64,000 nt of DNA, from IMG/VR virus record IMGVR_UViG_3300033067_001366; one strand, 5' to 3'. The notes below the pieces were generated by a model, which saw only the letters and a list, made by a program, of their open reading frames with translations, had not been told where the DNA came from and ran no database searches. The position numbers were made by a program, and so were the translations under genes. The DNA is from an uncultured virus (IMG/VR IMGVR_UViG_3300033067_001366) (taxonomy: Duplodnaviria; Heunggongvirae; Uroviricota; Caudoviricetes). Of this stretch, positions 8,698 through 19,048 are shown piece by piece (within the stretch, counting starts at the first letter, position 1; each line of letters begins with the position of its first letter).

Positions 8698-9188
8698 TGC
8701 CGGCAAAAAAGCCAACCAAGAAGCTGGCCAAGGAAGCGCCCAGGCTGGTCAAGAAGGCCTCCAAGAAGGCTTCAGGCAAACCGGCTAATGCCCGCTCTCG
8801 ATCTGGCGCCAAGAATCATCCGGCCTCCGTTGTCGCGAAGGCGCTGGCAGAGATGGTTGCTGGTTCAACTGTCGCCGAAGTAAGTGAGAAGTATTCGATT
8901 CCCCAGCAAACTGTTTCGGGCTGGAAGGCGCTTTTGCCACCCGAACTCGGTGAAACTCGGACAAAAAGAGAGACCGTTGAGGAATTGCTTTCGATCTATC
9001 TGGAGAAGATATTGCGGGCGAACATTGCCCAGCTAGACGTGTTCGCCAATGCCGATTGGATTCAAAGGCAACGAGCCTCCGAGCTTGCCATCCTTCAGGG
9101 CGTCCTTTTCGACAAGGCAATTCGAATTTTCGACGCCGCGCGAAGAGGAGAGCAACAGCCTCAGCAGTTACAACCAGCTCCGGGTTAA
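8697..9188 (+). CDS. terS: Terminase small subunit
   Basis: HTH (STVAEVSEKYSIPQQTVSGWK); directly upstream of terL. Confidence 0.75.
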   Translation: MPAKKPTKKLAKEAPRLVKKASKKASGKPANARSRSGAKNHPASVVAKALAEMVAGSTVAEVSEKYSIPQQTVSGWKALLPPELGETRTKRETVEELLSIYLEKILRANIAQLDVFANADWIQRQRASELAILQGVLFDKAIRIFDAARRGEQQPQQLQPAPG

Positions 9189-11091
9189 TCAGCTTGAGGC
9201 TGCCGGCTGGCGCGCGTGGTATGCCGAGATGTTTGGTGCCGATTTCGTCGCTGCGCTGGCTCCTCATCACGTCGAAGCAATCACCTGGCATTGGGATGCG
9301 CGAATGGCGCAGCGGCGCGGCGAGCCGGTCCGATACGACGCGTACATTGCTCCCTGGTCCCGTGGCCATATGAAGTCGACGCTGGCGCGTCGGCTGGCTG
9401 TTTGTGATGCCTGTCTCGCGGTGACCGACGGTAAGGGCGGCTATTGTCTGTATGTTTCAGGCACGAAGGATAAGGTTCGAGGTCACGCACTTTCGCTGGA
9501 GACGTTGATCACGTCGCCGAAAGTGATTGAGCATTATCCGGCGCTGGCCAGAGTTCGAAAATCAGAGGCGAAGACGTCTAAGGGCTGGACGCGCGATTTC
9601 ATTTATACCGACGCAGGATACGTCTTTCATTTCGTTTCGCTCGACGAGGGTGTTGCCGGTGCGAACGTTGATAACGTTCGGCCGACACTGATCATTCCCG
9701 ACGACATTGATGATCGCAGGAGTTCTCCGGCGGTGTCGGAGAAGCGCTTTCAGATATTCACGCGGGAGGTCCTGCCGACCAAGCAGAAGGGCACGCTCTT
9801 TTACCTGGCGCAGAACCTGGTCAGCCGATTCGGGGTCGTTTATCGAATTCTGAAGCAGAAGGTCCGGGCGCTGACCAATCGGTTCCCGACCAAGCCGGTG
9901 CCGGCCTTCCACAATTTAACGTGGGAGACGCGCACGGTTGACGGAATGGTGAAAGACATTCTGACCGGCGGCGAGCCGACCTGGCCGTTGTTTGATCTGA
10001 CGCGTGGCCAGGAGGACGTGGACGTTTACGGCCTTGAAGCGTTTCTGATTGAGTGTCAGCACGACGTGGAGCGACAAAAGACAGGGTTAATTCTTCCGGA
10101 GTGGGACGAGAAAGTTCATCTCATCACCTGGAGCGAGTTTCATCGCGTTTATGGCCAGCGTGAGATTCCTCGGCACTGGCAGAAGTACGTCGGCCACGAT
10201 TGGGGCAACACGCATCCTTGCACGGTCAATTCGGTTGCCGTCTCCGCGCAGAACTCGTCGCTGCCTGGTCTTCACTTCTTGTGGGCCGGAATGACCTTTC
10301 CGGCGAACACGATGGCCGACGACGTGGCGCTGGGCGTGATCGGTCGGTTCAATCCGAAGCTCGATCTTTCGGCGATGCGGAATCTGCCGACGGACCTGCT
10401 CCAGGAGTGGTCCCGCAATCGCATCACCGACATTTTAAATGCGCCGCGCGAGGTGGCCGTTGATAAGATTCGCAGTCAGGTCAATAAGTGGCTGACGAAG
10501 GATCAGACCTGGGGAATGTGGCACATGAGCCACGAACAGAAGACGGTCCGGACCACGTATCAGTCCATCTACGGCTTACCGTTTACGGCCTGCAATCCTG
10601 GTGCTGCCGGCGGGATTGAGCAGCTCCGCCATTTCCTGCGCGTGGATTATACGCAGGAGCATCCGTTCCGGCCTGGCGAGCGCGGCCTGGCTGGCTTCTA
10701 CGTGATTGTCGCGGACGACCAGATCGACGAGGCGCGTGATGATTTTGGGTTCAAGCTCCTCCGGGATCAATGGCCAGAATGGATCTGGCGCGACGTCCAA
10801 CTGACCGAGCTCGGCCTTCAAGCAGACAAGCCCATCAAGGTGCACGACGACGTCGGCAACTCCTTGATGATGATTTACGTTCACTTCCAAACCGGTGCGA
10901 CGCCGCTTTCCGATGAGGAGCGCGATGAGAGCCGGTTGCCTGATTACCTCCGGGACCTGGCGAAGTTGCAGGAGGGGGACAATCCCGATGGCCGCATTGC
11001 TGCGCGCCGGCACGCGCTCGCCGATATGAAGAGAGAGCGCGAAGAAGAAGAGGGCGGCAACGCCTTCGATATTTGGAACAACTCAGTTTAA
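9049..11091 (+). CDS. terL: Terminase large subunit (start uncertain)
   Basis: Walker A variant SRGHMKST, Walker B LIIPDDID, nuclease motifs GHDWG and HDDVGNSL. Confidence 0.9.
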   Translation: MPIGFKGNEPPSLPSFRASFSTRQFEFSTPREEESNSLSSYNQLRVNQLEAAGWRAWYAEMFGADFVAALAPHHVEAITWHWDARMAQRRGEPVRYDAYIAPWSRGHMKSTLARRLAVCDACLAVTDGKGGYCLYVSGTKDKVRGHALSLETLITSPKVIEHYPALARVRKSEAKTSKGWTRDFIYTDAGYVFHFVSLDEGVAGANVDNVRPTLIIPDDIDDRRSSPAVSEKRFQIFTREVLPTKQKGTLFYLAQNLVSRFGVVYRILKQKVRALTNRFPTKPVPAFHNLTWETRTVDGMVKDILTGGEPTWPLFDLTRGQEDVDVYGLEAFLIECQHDVERQKTGLILPEWDEKVHLITWSEFHRVYGQREIPRHWQKYVGHDWGNTHPCTVNSVAVSAQNSSLPGLHFLWAGMTFPANTMADDVALGVIGRFNPKLDLSAMRNLPTDLLQEWSRNRITDILNAPREVAVDKIRSQVNKWLTKDQTWGMWHMSHEQKTVRTTYQSIYGLPFTACNPGAAGGIEQLRHFLRVDYTQEHPFRPGERGLAGFYVIVADDQIDEARDDFGFKLLRDQWPEWIWRDVQLTELGLQADKPIKVHDDVGNSLMMIYVHFQTGATPLSDEERDESRLPDYLRDLAKLQEGDNPDGRIAARRHALADMKREREEEEGGNAFDIWNNSV

Positions 11092-11100
11092 GGAGCTCTT

Positions 11101-11430
11101 ATGCCTATTTTTCCCTACGAGAAGATTCCGGTCGCGCACGCGGCGATGAATGCGCTGAATAATTCCGCGCTGGCCGACGCGACTGTTGACGCGCTTGCGA
11201 ACGCGGCGGCACTGGTCACTGCGGTGAAAAACCAGGCGATCAAGTACGCCGACCAGACAGCAGACTACCTGCGCTGGTCACAGGATATTCAGGTCGCAAT
11301 TGACGCCGGCATTTTTACTGACGCAAACGTCGTGGCGGTCACGACGCTTCAGGGACTCCGGGCACTGCTGATCGCGATTGATCCGAACCTGTCGAGCTCG
11401 CATCAGGCCGGCGCTCACTGGACGGCTTAA
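11101..11430 (+). CDS. Ala-rich hypothetical protein, possibly virion-associated
   Basis: AAGGAG RBS; inside the packaging/head operon. Confidence 0.65.
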   Translation: MPIFPYEKIPVAHAAMNALNNSALADATVDALANAAALVTAVKNQAIKYADQTADYLRWSQDIQVAIDAGIFTDANVVAVTTLQGLRALLIAIDPNLSSSHQAGAHWTA

Positions 11431-12159
11431 ATGATCAAGTCAATCCGATCCCTTCTGCTGGCCACGCTTGTCGTGGCCAGTTCTGTTTGCGTCTCAGCCA
11501 GGGCACAGGAACTAAGCGTTCGCAATCTGGCCAGCGGGGTGGGTGTTACCGCGCCTGGTTCGCTGGCAATGGTTGCGGGTGCGCAGTTCGTGGATCAGGG
11601 CGTCAACGCAAAGAGTATGGCCGATCTTCCATTCGATCTTGATGGCATTCGTGTGCTGGTCGGCGGAGTGCCTGCCGGCATTCGTGGCGCTGGTCCAGAT
11701 GGCATCGTCATTCAGGTGCCGACGCGAACGATCAAGTGGGGCAATGTGAGTGCGTTCTGGCTGCGAGGCTGGTTCTCGATCGAGGTCGAAACGCCCAAGG
11801 GTCGGTGGGTCGGTTGGTTAACCGAGCAGTCGGTGTCTCCGGGGATCTTTACCAATCCCGACGGCGCGGCGCAGGGCGTCGCGAGGTGCGGCAATGATCC
11901 TGCGATCGTCACGCTGGGCAAGCCAATCGAAAACCGCAACACGCGCATTCAATTGATCTGCACTGGCCTGCTGGCAGTTCGCGAGGTTGTTGTGTTTGTC
12001 GGCGAGGATGCGGTTCAAGGCAGCGTTGATCGGTTCGGCACATTTACCGGTCTGGACAGTGTTTCGTTTGACCTGCCGGCGTCGGCGCACGGCGATGTTC
12101 CGGTCCTGTTGTTCGTCGGCGGCCGGGTGTCGAATCAAATCACGTTGAGGGTTCAATAA
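11431..12159 (+). CDS. Secreted TIGR03437 (Solibacter C-terminal domain)-like protein
   Basis: Signal peptide ending ARA-Q; VRNLAS..APGSL..LPFDLDGIRVLVGGVPA..SPGIFT..LICTGL..GLDSVSFDLP..SNQITL. Confidence 0.8.
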   Translation: MIKSIRSLLLATLVVASSVCVSARAQELSVRNLASGVGVTAPGSLAMVAGAQFVDQGVNAKSMADLPFDLDGIRVLVGGVPAGIRGAGPDGIVIQVPTRTIKWGNVSAFWLRGWFSIEVETPKGRWVGWLTEQSVSPGIFTNPDGAAQGVARCGNDPAIVTLGKPIENRNTRIQLICTGLLAVREVVVFVGEDAVQGSVDRFGTFTGLDSVSFDLPASAHGDVPVLLFVGGRVSNQITLRVQ

Positions 12160-12524
12160 TGGAAAACTGGAACACGCTTGGTCAGAAGCTTCTCAGCTCC
12201 TTTCCGGTTGAGCAGTTCGACGGAAATAAGCGAGGCCTGCGGCACGTCAAGTTCAGCGGCGATTTCCTGCGCGAGCATTGCATCGGCGCGGCCTATGCCT
12301 GGCTGGATGCGTTCAAGGCTGCGTTGCCGGCCGACACTGCATTGATCGTGACTGACGGCGTTGCACTTCGCCAGTGCCTATCGGCGTATCAGGTCGCCGA
12401 TCTTTACAGTATCACTCTGGCTAGCGAGGAGTGGCCGCCGCTGCGATATGGGTTGGAGATCCCCGAGCTGGTGCTCGCCTTTACCACCAACGGCGATGGC
12501 GTTCTGGTCTGTAAGGCGAATTGA
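12159..12524 (+). CDS. Hypothetical protein
   Basis: TAATG coupling. Confidence 0.6.
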   Translation: MENWNTLGQKLLSSFPVEQFDGNKRGLRHVKFSGDFLREHCIGAAYAWLDAFKAALPADTALIVTDGVALRQCLSAYQVADLYSITLASEEWPPLRYGLEIPELVLAFTTNGDGVLVCKAN

Positions 12525-12898
12525 TGAGTTTGAAAACCTTTCTATTCGGTCCGGCCGAGATGCCGGTTCAGATCCACGATCGCGTGGTGCTGGAGTTAAA
12601 CGCGCGGATCGCTGAGTTGGAGCGGGATCGCGACTTCTATCGAAGCATCGTGCTGGGCGAGATTGAGCCTCCTCCACCATTCCAGCCTCGGAAAGCTCGT
12701 CGATCTGCACAGTTGTTGGCCGAAGATGCGGCCGCGCAGTCTTTCGAGAGCTTCGATTCTGACTGGTCCGAAGATGACCACATGATGTTCAACGAGTGGT
12801 GCGGCACGCAGCCGGAAGCACGGCAGGGCGTGAACATGCGAAAGCTGTGGCACGCGAAGTATGGCAGTCAGCCTCCCATTATGGTTTTGTCCGTTTAA
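12524..12898 (+). CDS. Hypothetical protein with short coiled coil
   Basis: TGATG coupling; upstream of portal. Confidence 0.6.
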   Translation: MSLKTFLFGPAEMPVQIHDRVVLELNARIAELERDRDFYRSIVLGEIEPPPPFQPRKARRSAQLLAEDAAAQSFESFDSDWSEDDHMMFNEWCGTQPEARQGVNMRKLWHAKYGSQPPIMVLSV

Positions 12899-12925
12899 TA
12901 ACCGGCGCACCTCTTAATTCATAAA

Positions 12926-15349
12926 ATGCTTTCAGTAGACAATCAGGCGCTGATCCAGACTCGTCTTCAGGAGACGATGCAGGTGGCGCAGATCCGCCCG
13001 GAACAGGTTCAGCGGAATCAGCCGGACCTGGTGTCGTTTTACCCCTGGGTCAAGAAGCTTTGCGATGACATTCTGCTGCGGCAGAAGTCTCTGTGGATGG
13101 GCGATTACCTGGAATGGACGCGCACGGCGCTCTACTACAATGGCCATCAGATCCTGACGCCCAACGGCTCTTTCGGCTACAACATTCAGCGACTGCGCGG
13201 CAATAACCATCGGCTCTATGTCTTCAACAAGCTCCGGCCAGTGTCCGACACGGTCACGGCCGCCTGGACGCAGGCGCATCCCGAAGTGCTGTTTGCCGTG
13301 CTGGAGCAGATGAACCGGAAGGCTCGTCGTGCCGTCTGGGAGATTGGCGACCTCAATGAGTACTTCAATCATCTACATTTCACGGAAGAGATCCGGCAGG
13401 AGATTGCGCAGGCTGGTCAGTTCTGCGGCAACTATCACGGCGAAGTCTTCTGGAATAAAAAAGCGAAGTACGGTTCGGAGTGGGCCGAAGACTGGCAGCA
13501 CGTTCAAGTGCCCGATCAGACGATGTATCAGTGTCTGCATCCGGACTGCGGCCAGGTCGGCTCGCTCAATGATCGGCTTTCTTCTCCGCTTGAAACGCTC
13601 AACTATGCGGAGCCGAAGTGCCCGACGTGCATGTCGCCAGTGGGGCTGTGGAATGAGCCTGGCTACCAGTATCCACAAAAGACCGGGGAAGGATTTCGTC
13701 CGTCGGGTGATGTTGGGTTCGCAATGGTTCCGGCCTGGTGCATGCGCTATTCGCGCGTAACTGGTCCGAATCTGTCTCCGTATCGGTATGTCGGCCAGGA
13801 CGTGCCTAAAGAGGTGTTAGAAGCGGAGTACGGCAGACTGCCATCTGCAGCGACCGGCGATTCGTGGGCAATTGACGAGATGATGATGCCAGAGCGCATT
13901 CTGCGCAGGGCGTCTCGAATGGATGGCTCGCTGGACGATGATCGGGAGGCTATTTGCAAGCAGCGATTCTGGCTTCAGCCGGACATGCTGCATTTTGCCA
14001 AGCTGAAGGAGCCGGCCACGCTGCCGAGCGGGGAAGTGTTGCCAGCGGGCACGGTGTTGTCGGAGCGGTTCAAGGATGGAGCGCTGATAACCACGGCACC
14101 AGGGATGCCCGAGTTTCTCGACGTTGAAGATGATGATCATTCGCTGCGATTCATTGATGGTCGGTATGGTGTCACCTACGGTTCGACGGTTGGACACGGC
14201 ATCGAAGACACGGTCAATAACCAGAAGCACTACAATGTATTTCGGTCCGGCGTCGCCTATTACTTCAATAAGTTCCTGATCCCGTCGGTTGCAGTTGATA
14301 CCCGGGTCTTTCCGGATAAGAAGCTTTTCAATCGGCAGGATCCGATCATTCCAACGAATGTCGCGATGCCCGACAATGTTAAGGTGAGCGACGGCTATTC
14401 GATCATTCAGCCACCAAGCCTCAACGGGAACATTTGGAATTTGCTTGAGGCCTATCAGTCGGACATTAAAGAGGGCGCGCAGGCTTTTGACTCTGAGGGC
14501 GATTATGCTGGCGCAGCAAATGACACGGCGACGGCCGCGCGCATCGGCTTGGGCAAAGCCTCGATGATGACCAACCTTCATCTGAGCCTGTTTGCGGGCT
14601 GGATGAAGAATGTCGCTGTTCGTCGGCTCGAAGTCGCGCGCGACAATTACGGCGATAAGCGAATGATTACGGTCCCTGCGGCGCACGGCGATCGCAGCCA
14701 GCGCATCTCTCGAATTCTGCGCTCGATCCATATTCGCTGTTCGATTATGGCCTGGGTTAAGCCAGGCAGTTACTCTCCGGATCTAAAACTGGAAAAGCAG
14801 GAATCCACGATGGCGCGGCTCAACGCGCAGGCGCTGCTGATGAAGTGCGGAATGGATTCGCCAGCCAATCGTCGCACTCTTGACGAGGTCTTCCAGTCGG
14901 AACTGGGCAGGGAATCCACAGCCAGCAGGCTCGACGCCTGTGACGATAAGCTCGACGACATGATCGCGCTCTACGAGCGAATGCAGGGGATGGTTGAAGC
15001 CGTTCATCTGTACGAGATTTATCCGGTTGATCCCTATGAGAAAGATTTGGATCTGCGCCGGGACTGGTGGCAGGAATGGCTCGGCACGCCTGAGGGTCGC
15101 GGAGCTGCTCTCGTTATCCGGCAGGCCGTCAAGATGGAGATCGAGGCGTTGTGGCAAGCGACGCTCTCTCAGCAAGTTAGTTTCACAGGTGCGCCGTTAC
15201 CAGGCGCGATCGCAGGTTCTCCGGTCGGAGCCGGAGACGCGGCGAGCCCGATGTTGGGCCTGCCGCCGGCAACTAACCCCAGCGGTGATTCGACGGGGGG
15301 CGCTGCTGGCGCTCAGCCGCAGGCACTGCTGCCCAATTCGATGGAGTAA
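12926..15349 (+). CDS. Portal protein (P22-like) with Zn-ribbon insertion
   Basis: Size and position; YYNGHQ, VFNKLRP, NDTATAARI motifs; CLHPDC...CPTC insert. Confidence 0.8.
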   Translation: MLSVDNQALIQTRLQETMQVAQIRPEQVQRNQPDLVSFYPWVKKLCDDILLRQKSLWMGDYLEWTRTALYYNGHQILTPNGSFGYNIQRLRGNNHRLYVFNKLRPVSDTVTAAWTQAHPEVLFAVLEQMNRKARRAVWEIGDLNEYFNHLHFTEEIRQEIAQAGQFCGNYHGEVFWNKKAKYGSEWAEDWQHVQVPDQTMYQCLHPDCGQVGSLNDRLSSPLETLNYAEPKCPTCMSPVGLWNEPGYQYPQKTGEGFRPSGDVGFAMVPAWCMRYSRVTGPNLSPYRYVGQDVPKEVLEAEYGRLPSAATGDSWAIDEMMMPERILRRASRMDGSLDDDREAICKQRFWLQPDMLHFAKLKEPATLPSGEVLPAGTVLSERFKDGALITTAPGMPEFLDVEDDDHSLRFIDGRYGVTYGSTVGHGIEDTVNNQKHYNVFRSGVAYYFNKFLIPSVAVDTRVFPDKKLFNRQDPIIPTNVAMPDNVKVSDGYSIIQPPSLNGNIWNLLEAYQSDIKEGAQAFDSEGDYAGAANDTATAARIGLGKASMMTNLHLSLFAGWMKNVAVRRLEVARDNYGDKRMITVPAAHGDRSQRISRILRSIHIRCSIMAWVKPGSYSPDLKLEKQESTMARLNAQALLMKCGMDSPANRRTLDEVFQSELGRESTASRLDACDDKLDDMIALYERMQGMVEAVHLYEIYPVDPYEKDLDLRRDWWQEWLGTPEGRGAALVIRQAVKMEIEALWQATLSQQVSFTGAPLPGAIAGSPVGAGDAASPMLGLPPATNPSGDSTGGAAGAQPQALLPNSME

Positions 15350-15352
15350 ACG

Positions 15353-15841
15353 ATGGCAAACAGGCAAAAACCGCGCGGCGCCGAGACTGAGGTGCCCGCA
15401 GAAGAATTAGCGACGACGTCGGCCAGTGAAACGCTGCCGGCAGATTTCCCAGTTACTGGAGGCGATCCGATGGTTCAACCGGTGGATGGTCCGGAGGTTC
15501 CGCCGGAGCATCTGCTTGATCATGTTGAGGAGTCGCTTGCAGTAGTCGAGGTCGAAAAGGAGCATCTTCCGGAAATCGTCCATGAAGAAGATCTCGCGTG
15601 TTCGGCGGTCTGGCCCGCGCCTCTGGCCTCGCCGTCATTTGGCCTGGCTAATGTTCATTCGCTTCCGGACCACGTCCGGGCCTGCTACGCCTATGAGCGA
15701 ATGTGCAAAGAGGAAGGCCTGGCGTTTCCGCGCTGGTTTGATCAGGACCAGACGACGCGGGATGCGTACCTGACCGCGCTTCGGCATCACGACGAGATTG
15801 GCGGGCCTAGCGAAAATCTGTTCCGCAAGTATATCGATTAA
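15353..15841 (+). CDS. Acidic hypothetical protein
   Basis: GGAG RBS; between portal and scaffold. Confidence 0.6.
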   Translation: MANRQKPRGAETEVPAEELATTSASETLPADFPVTGGDPMVQPVDGPEVPPEHLLDHVEESLAVVEVEKEHLPEIVHEEDLACSAVWPAPLASPSFGLANVHSLPDHVRACYAYERMCKEEGLAFPRWFDQDQTTRDAYLTALRHHDEIGGPSENLFRKYID

Positions 15842-15928
15842 GTCGCTAGCACAACTAGGGAAGATTTAAACCGAACTTTCAAATGATCTTTGAAAGTTCG
15901 GTTTTCTCTTTTTTTGAGGACAACTGAG

Positions 15929-17305
15929 ATGGACGATAACGATAACGCAAACGAATTAGGAGCTGATATTGGCTCGATGGTGCATACCGCCTTTGCGGAG
16001 CCAGTCGGTGGCGCTGCTGCTGGCGAACAAGCTGGGGCGCCGGCACAGACGCAGGTGCAGGAGCCTGCACAACAAGCTCCTGCGGGCGATCAGCCTGCCG
16101 GTCAACAGGGCGATCCATGGACGCGCTTTTTGCAGCCGGAACAGGCCGCGCAGCCGGCCGAGGATCCCTGGACGCGGTTCACGCGCGAAGGTTTGGAAAA
16201 GGTTCAGGATCCAGCGCAACTGCGCGCCGAGGCGGTCGCTCGTCAGGAGTTTCTGGAAAACAGCAAGGGCGATCTGACGACTTATGGCGAGTGGAAGGCG
16301 CTGGCCGAGGACCTGGGCGGGCCGGAGCACGTCCCGACGGCGATCCGCATGGTCAAGGACCTGTTCTGGGGGAATGAGGCAGTGGATCCGAAGAATCCAG
16401 ACGTTACTCATTTCGACAGCTTCCTGACGCAACTCAAAACGGTGTCGGGTGATACCTACAACGGTCTAATCGGTCGCGTGGTTCTACCGATGCTGGATCC
16501 CGAAAAGGGCGGCAAGGACTATCAGTTCATTCGCAAGGCTGTATTGGAAGCCGAGGGTTTGCCGGTCCAGATGCTGGATCAGTTCAAGGAGGTCGCGCTC
16601 GCCGGTGGTCTGCAATCACTGGAGATCGATACAAAGGTTTCCGACTTCCTGAAGGAAGTGCCCGATCATCTGCATGAGATGTTTCGATCCCTGCCGCCCA
16701 AGGTGCAGAAAGATTACATCAAGCGCGACGCCGACGTGGCAACGTTCGAACTTAATGCTCATTACCAGAACTGGAAGCGCACTCAGGACGAAGCTCAGGT
16801 TAATCAGGCGCGCCAGATCGAAGAGAGCGCCGCGCGATCTTTTACGACCGAGAAGACGTTCTACAACAGCCAGGTCGAAGCCGTGCAGGCCGTGGTTACC
16901 CATTTCAAGGCGCAAGGGCTGAATGATCTGGAAGCGCTGGGGGCGACGGCCGCGGCGTTTATGGATCTTGAGAAGTCCTATTGGGAGGGTGACGCGGAGG
17001 CCAAAACGCTCTTTTCGGACTGGCGTCGGCACGTCGAGAAAGGGCATCAGCCTGGTATTAAATCGGTGCGTGGTTCGTACCAGCAACGCCTGCAAGCCAA
17101 GGCAACCGAGATTTGCCGCACAGAGGCACAGCGCCGACTCAGCAAAGTGCCGTCTCCACCCCCGCCTCCGGCCAATGGCGGCGGTCGCAATTTTCAACAG
17201 CAATATCCCGCGGACGCTGAACCCGGTCAGTTATCTGGTCTTGAGGACCTGTCATCCTCAATTCGTCAGGTGATGACTCAACACGGGTTCGGCTCCCGCT
17301 CCTAG
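15929..17305 (+). CDS. Putative scaffolding protein
   Basis: GAGGA RBS; disordered N-terminus, helical body, Pro-rich tail; directly before capsid. Confidence 0.65.
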   Translation: MDDNDNANELGADIGSMVHTAFAEPVGGAAAGEQAGAPAQTQVQEPAQQAPAGDQPAGQQGDPWTRFLQPEQAAQPAEDPWTRFTREGLEKVQDPAQLRAEAVARQEFLENSKGDLTTYGEWKALAEDLGGPEHVPTAIRMVKDLFWGNEAVDPKNPDVTHFDSFLTQLKTVSGDTYNGLIGRVVLPMLDPEKGGKDYQFIRKAVLEAEGLPVQMLDQFKEVALAGGLQSLEIDTKVSDFLKEVPDHLHEMFRSLPPKVQKDYIKRDADVATFELNAHYQNWKRTQDEAQVNQARQIEESAARSFTTEKTFYNSQVEAVQAVVTHFKAQGLNDLEALGATAAAFMDLEKSYWEGDAEAKTLFSDWRRHVEKGHQPGIKSVRGSYQQRLQAKATEICRTEAQRRLSKVPSPPPPPANGGGRNFQQQYPADAEPGQLSGLEDLSSSIRQVMTQHGFGSRS

Positions 17306-17371
17306 TTTTCCTTCATACCGCTGAAAAACCCCATTTATTCCTTCCTTTTATTGCACTCATAGGGGGCATTT

Positions 17372-18664
17372 ATGGCATTAGCCAACGCTCAGTCGTTGTC
17401 GAAAGCTGACGCTGTGATGATGGAGGTGTACGACAAGAAAGTCGCTCATCTTCCGGAACTTAAGACTCCGATGTCTGATCGCGTCAAGGCGGGGGCCACT
17501 ACCGTCAAAATCAACCAGAAGGGCCGTGTAAAACCCTTCACTTCGGATTTCCGCATGCAGATTAAAGGCGGCAATCCTGATATGGACTATCCGATCGGGT
17601 CCGACTGGAAGCGTGGTCGGTGGCGCGTGACGCCTGTCAAACAGGTGGCCACATACGCCATTGATGACGCGACTTACGAAGACTACACGCGGGGCGACGA
17701 AAACACGTTCGTTGACCTGGCGATGGAGTTGAAAGAGGTTGCTGCCGGGTTTGCCTATTACCAGGAAGTCTTCCTGGGCGGGGATGGCTCGGGCGCGTTG
17801 GCGACCGTCAAGACCGGCCTAGCCTCTGGCAATGCGACTGTGGCCATTGACGATGTTCCGGACGGCACACACGCGAAAGCGTTCGGTGTTGAGTTCCTGC
17901 GTCGAAACGTGGACTACGAAGTTCGGGCAACTGATGGGACCTTCCGTCAGTACATTAAGATCCTCGACACTGCTGCGGGTATCAACTATTCCACGAACCA
18001 GATCACGCTGACCGCGAACACGACTGTCAACCTGGTTGCGGGCGATCGAATCTACTTCAAGGATTCGTATGGCTACGCGATGCACGGGTTCTCGTACCTT
18101 TTCCAGGGTGGCAAGACTGGCTGGTGGCAGGGGTACAACTGCAATGGCGAGCCGAACACGAACACGCCGTACTACAACGCGGGCGGGCGTTCAATCTCGA
18201 ACGCTGCCATTGAGGCAATGCTTCAAGCGCACGCGTTCCGCGATGGTGATGGCTTTAACGCCACGTTCAAGTTCTACGCGTCTCCGTCGTTGATTTCGAT
18301 CTTCAAGACGGCGGCCTGGGGAATGAAGCGCCTGAGCAATCAGGACTCGACCTATAACGCGGGCGTCAAGGACGCGCGTTACGAGGACTCGATGTTTGTC
18401 CCTGCGCCGAAGTTTGATCCGGATGCCATTTACGGTGCCGACTTCACTGATTTGTTCTACCTGGAGCAGACCAAGTTGGGTCCGATCGTGGTGGACAGTC
18501 AGATGTGGCATCAATCAGTCGGTGCCGCAAACTATGGTGCCGGTACTCGCTACATGCAGTACGGCAAAATGGATCAATACGCCATTGACCAGCCGCAAAA
18601 GCACGTGGTCGGCCGTAACTTCGACGTGACCGGATCGAAGACGATCGCCAACTTCCGGCAGTAA
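17372..18664 (+). CDS. Major capsid protein
   Basis: 430 aa; FLGGDGSGALA motif typical of HK97-fold capsids; follows scaffold, followed by terminator. Confidence 0.8.
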   Translation: MALANAQSLSKADAVMMEVYDKKVAHLPELKTPMSDRVKAGATTVKINQKGRVKPFTSDFRMQIKGGNPDMDYPIGSDWKRGRWRVTPVKQVATYAIDDATYEDYTRGDENTFVDLAMELKEVAAGFAYYQEVFLGGDGSGALATVKTGLASGNATVAIDDVPDGTHAKAFGVEFLRRNVDYEVRATDGTFRQYIKILDTAAGINYSTNQITLTANTTVNLVAGDRIYFKDSYGYAMHGFSYLFQGGKTGWWQGYNCNGEPNTNTPYYNAGGRSISNAAIEAMLQAHAFRDGDGFNATFKFYASPSLISIFKTAAWGMKRLSNQDSTYNAGVKDARYEDSMFVPAPKFDPDAIYGADFTDLFYLEQTKLGPIVVDSQMWHQSVGAANYGAGTRYMQYGKMDQYAIDQPQKHVVGRNFDVTGSKTIANFRQ

Positions 18665-18696
18665 CGATTTACCTCTCTGTCTTTTCTCTTGTTTGT

Positions 18697-18731
18697 GGGC
18701 GGGGCTTCGCGGCCTCGCCCATTTTTTATTT
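18697..18731 (+). terminator. Rho-independent terminator after capsid gene
   Basis: GGGCGGGGC-TTCGCG-GCCTCGCCC then ATTTTTTATTT. Confidence 0.8.
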
Positions 18732-18747
18732 CCTTCAAGGAGGCTCG

Positions 18748-19044
18748 ATGGCACTTGCAATCGCTCAAAAGACCTACAACACGGGGTCGTTTCAAAACTT
18801 CCTCGGCAACGAAGTCGAGGAGTATTTTGAGATCACCGGCGACGGCGTCGGCGGCACGGCCACGCTCACGCCCAAGCGCATGCGGACGATTGACGCAGTA
18901 GACTTCGGCAAAGAGGTGGACGTCGCTGGATTCAATTACACGGTCACTAACACTGCTGGCGCTCCCTCGGTCGCAATCACGATCCCTGCCGGCCTGACCA
19001 ACGGTAAGATTCTGAAGGTCCGGCTGCGCGGCCAGTTCCAGTAA
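18748..19044 (+). CDS. Small beta-rich virion protein (decoration-like)
   Basis: AAGGAGG RBS; position after capsid. Confidence 0.6.
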   Translation: MALAIAQKTYNTGSFQNFLGNEVEEYFEITGDGVGGTATLTPKRMRTIDAVDFGKEVDVAGFNYTVTNTAGAPSVAITIPAGLTNGKILKVRLRGQFQ

Positions 19045-19048
19045 TCCC

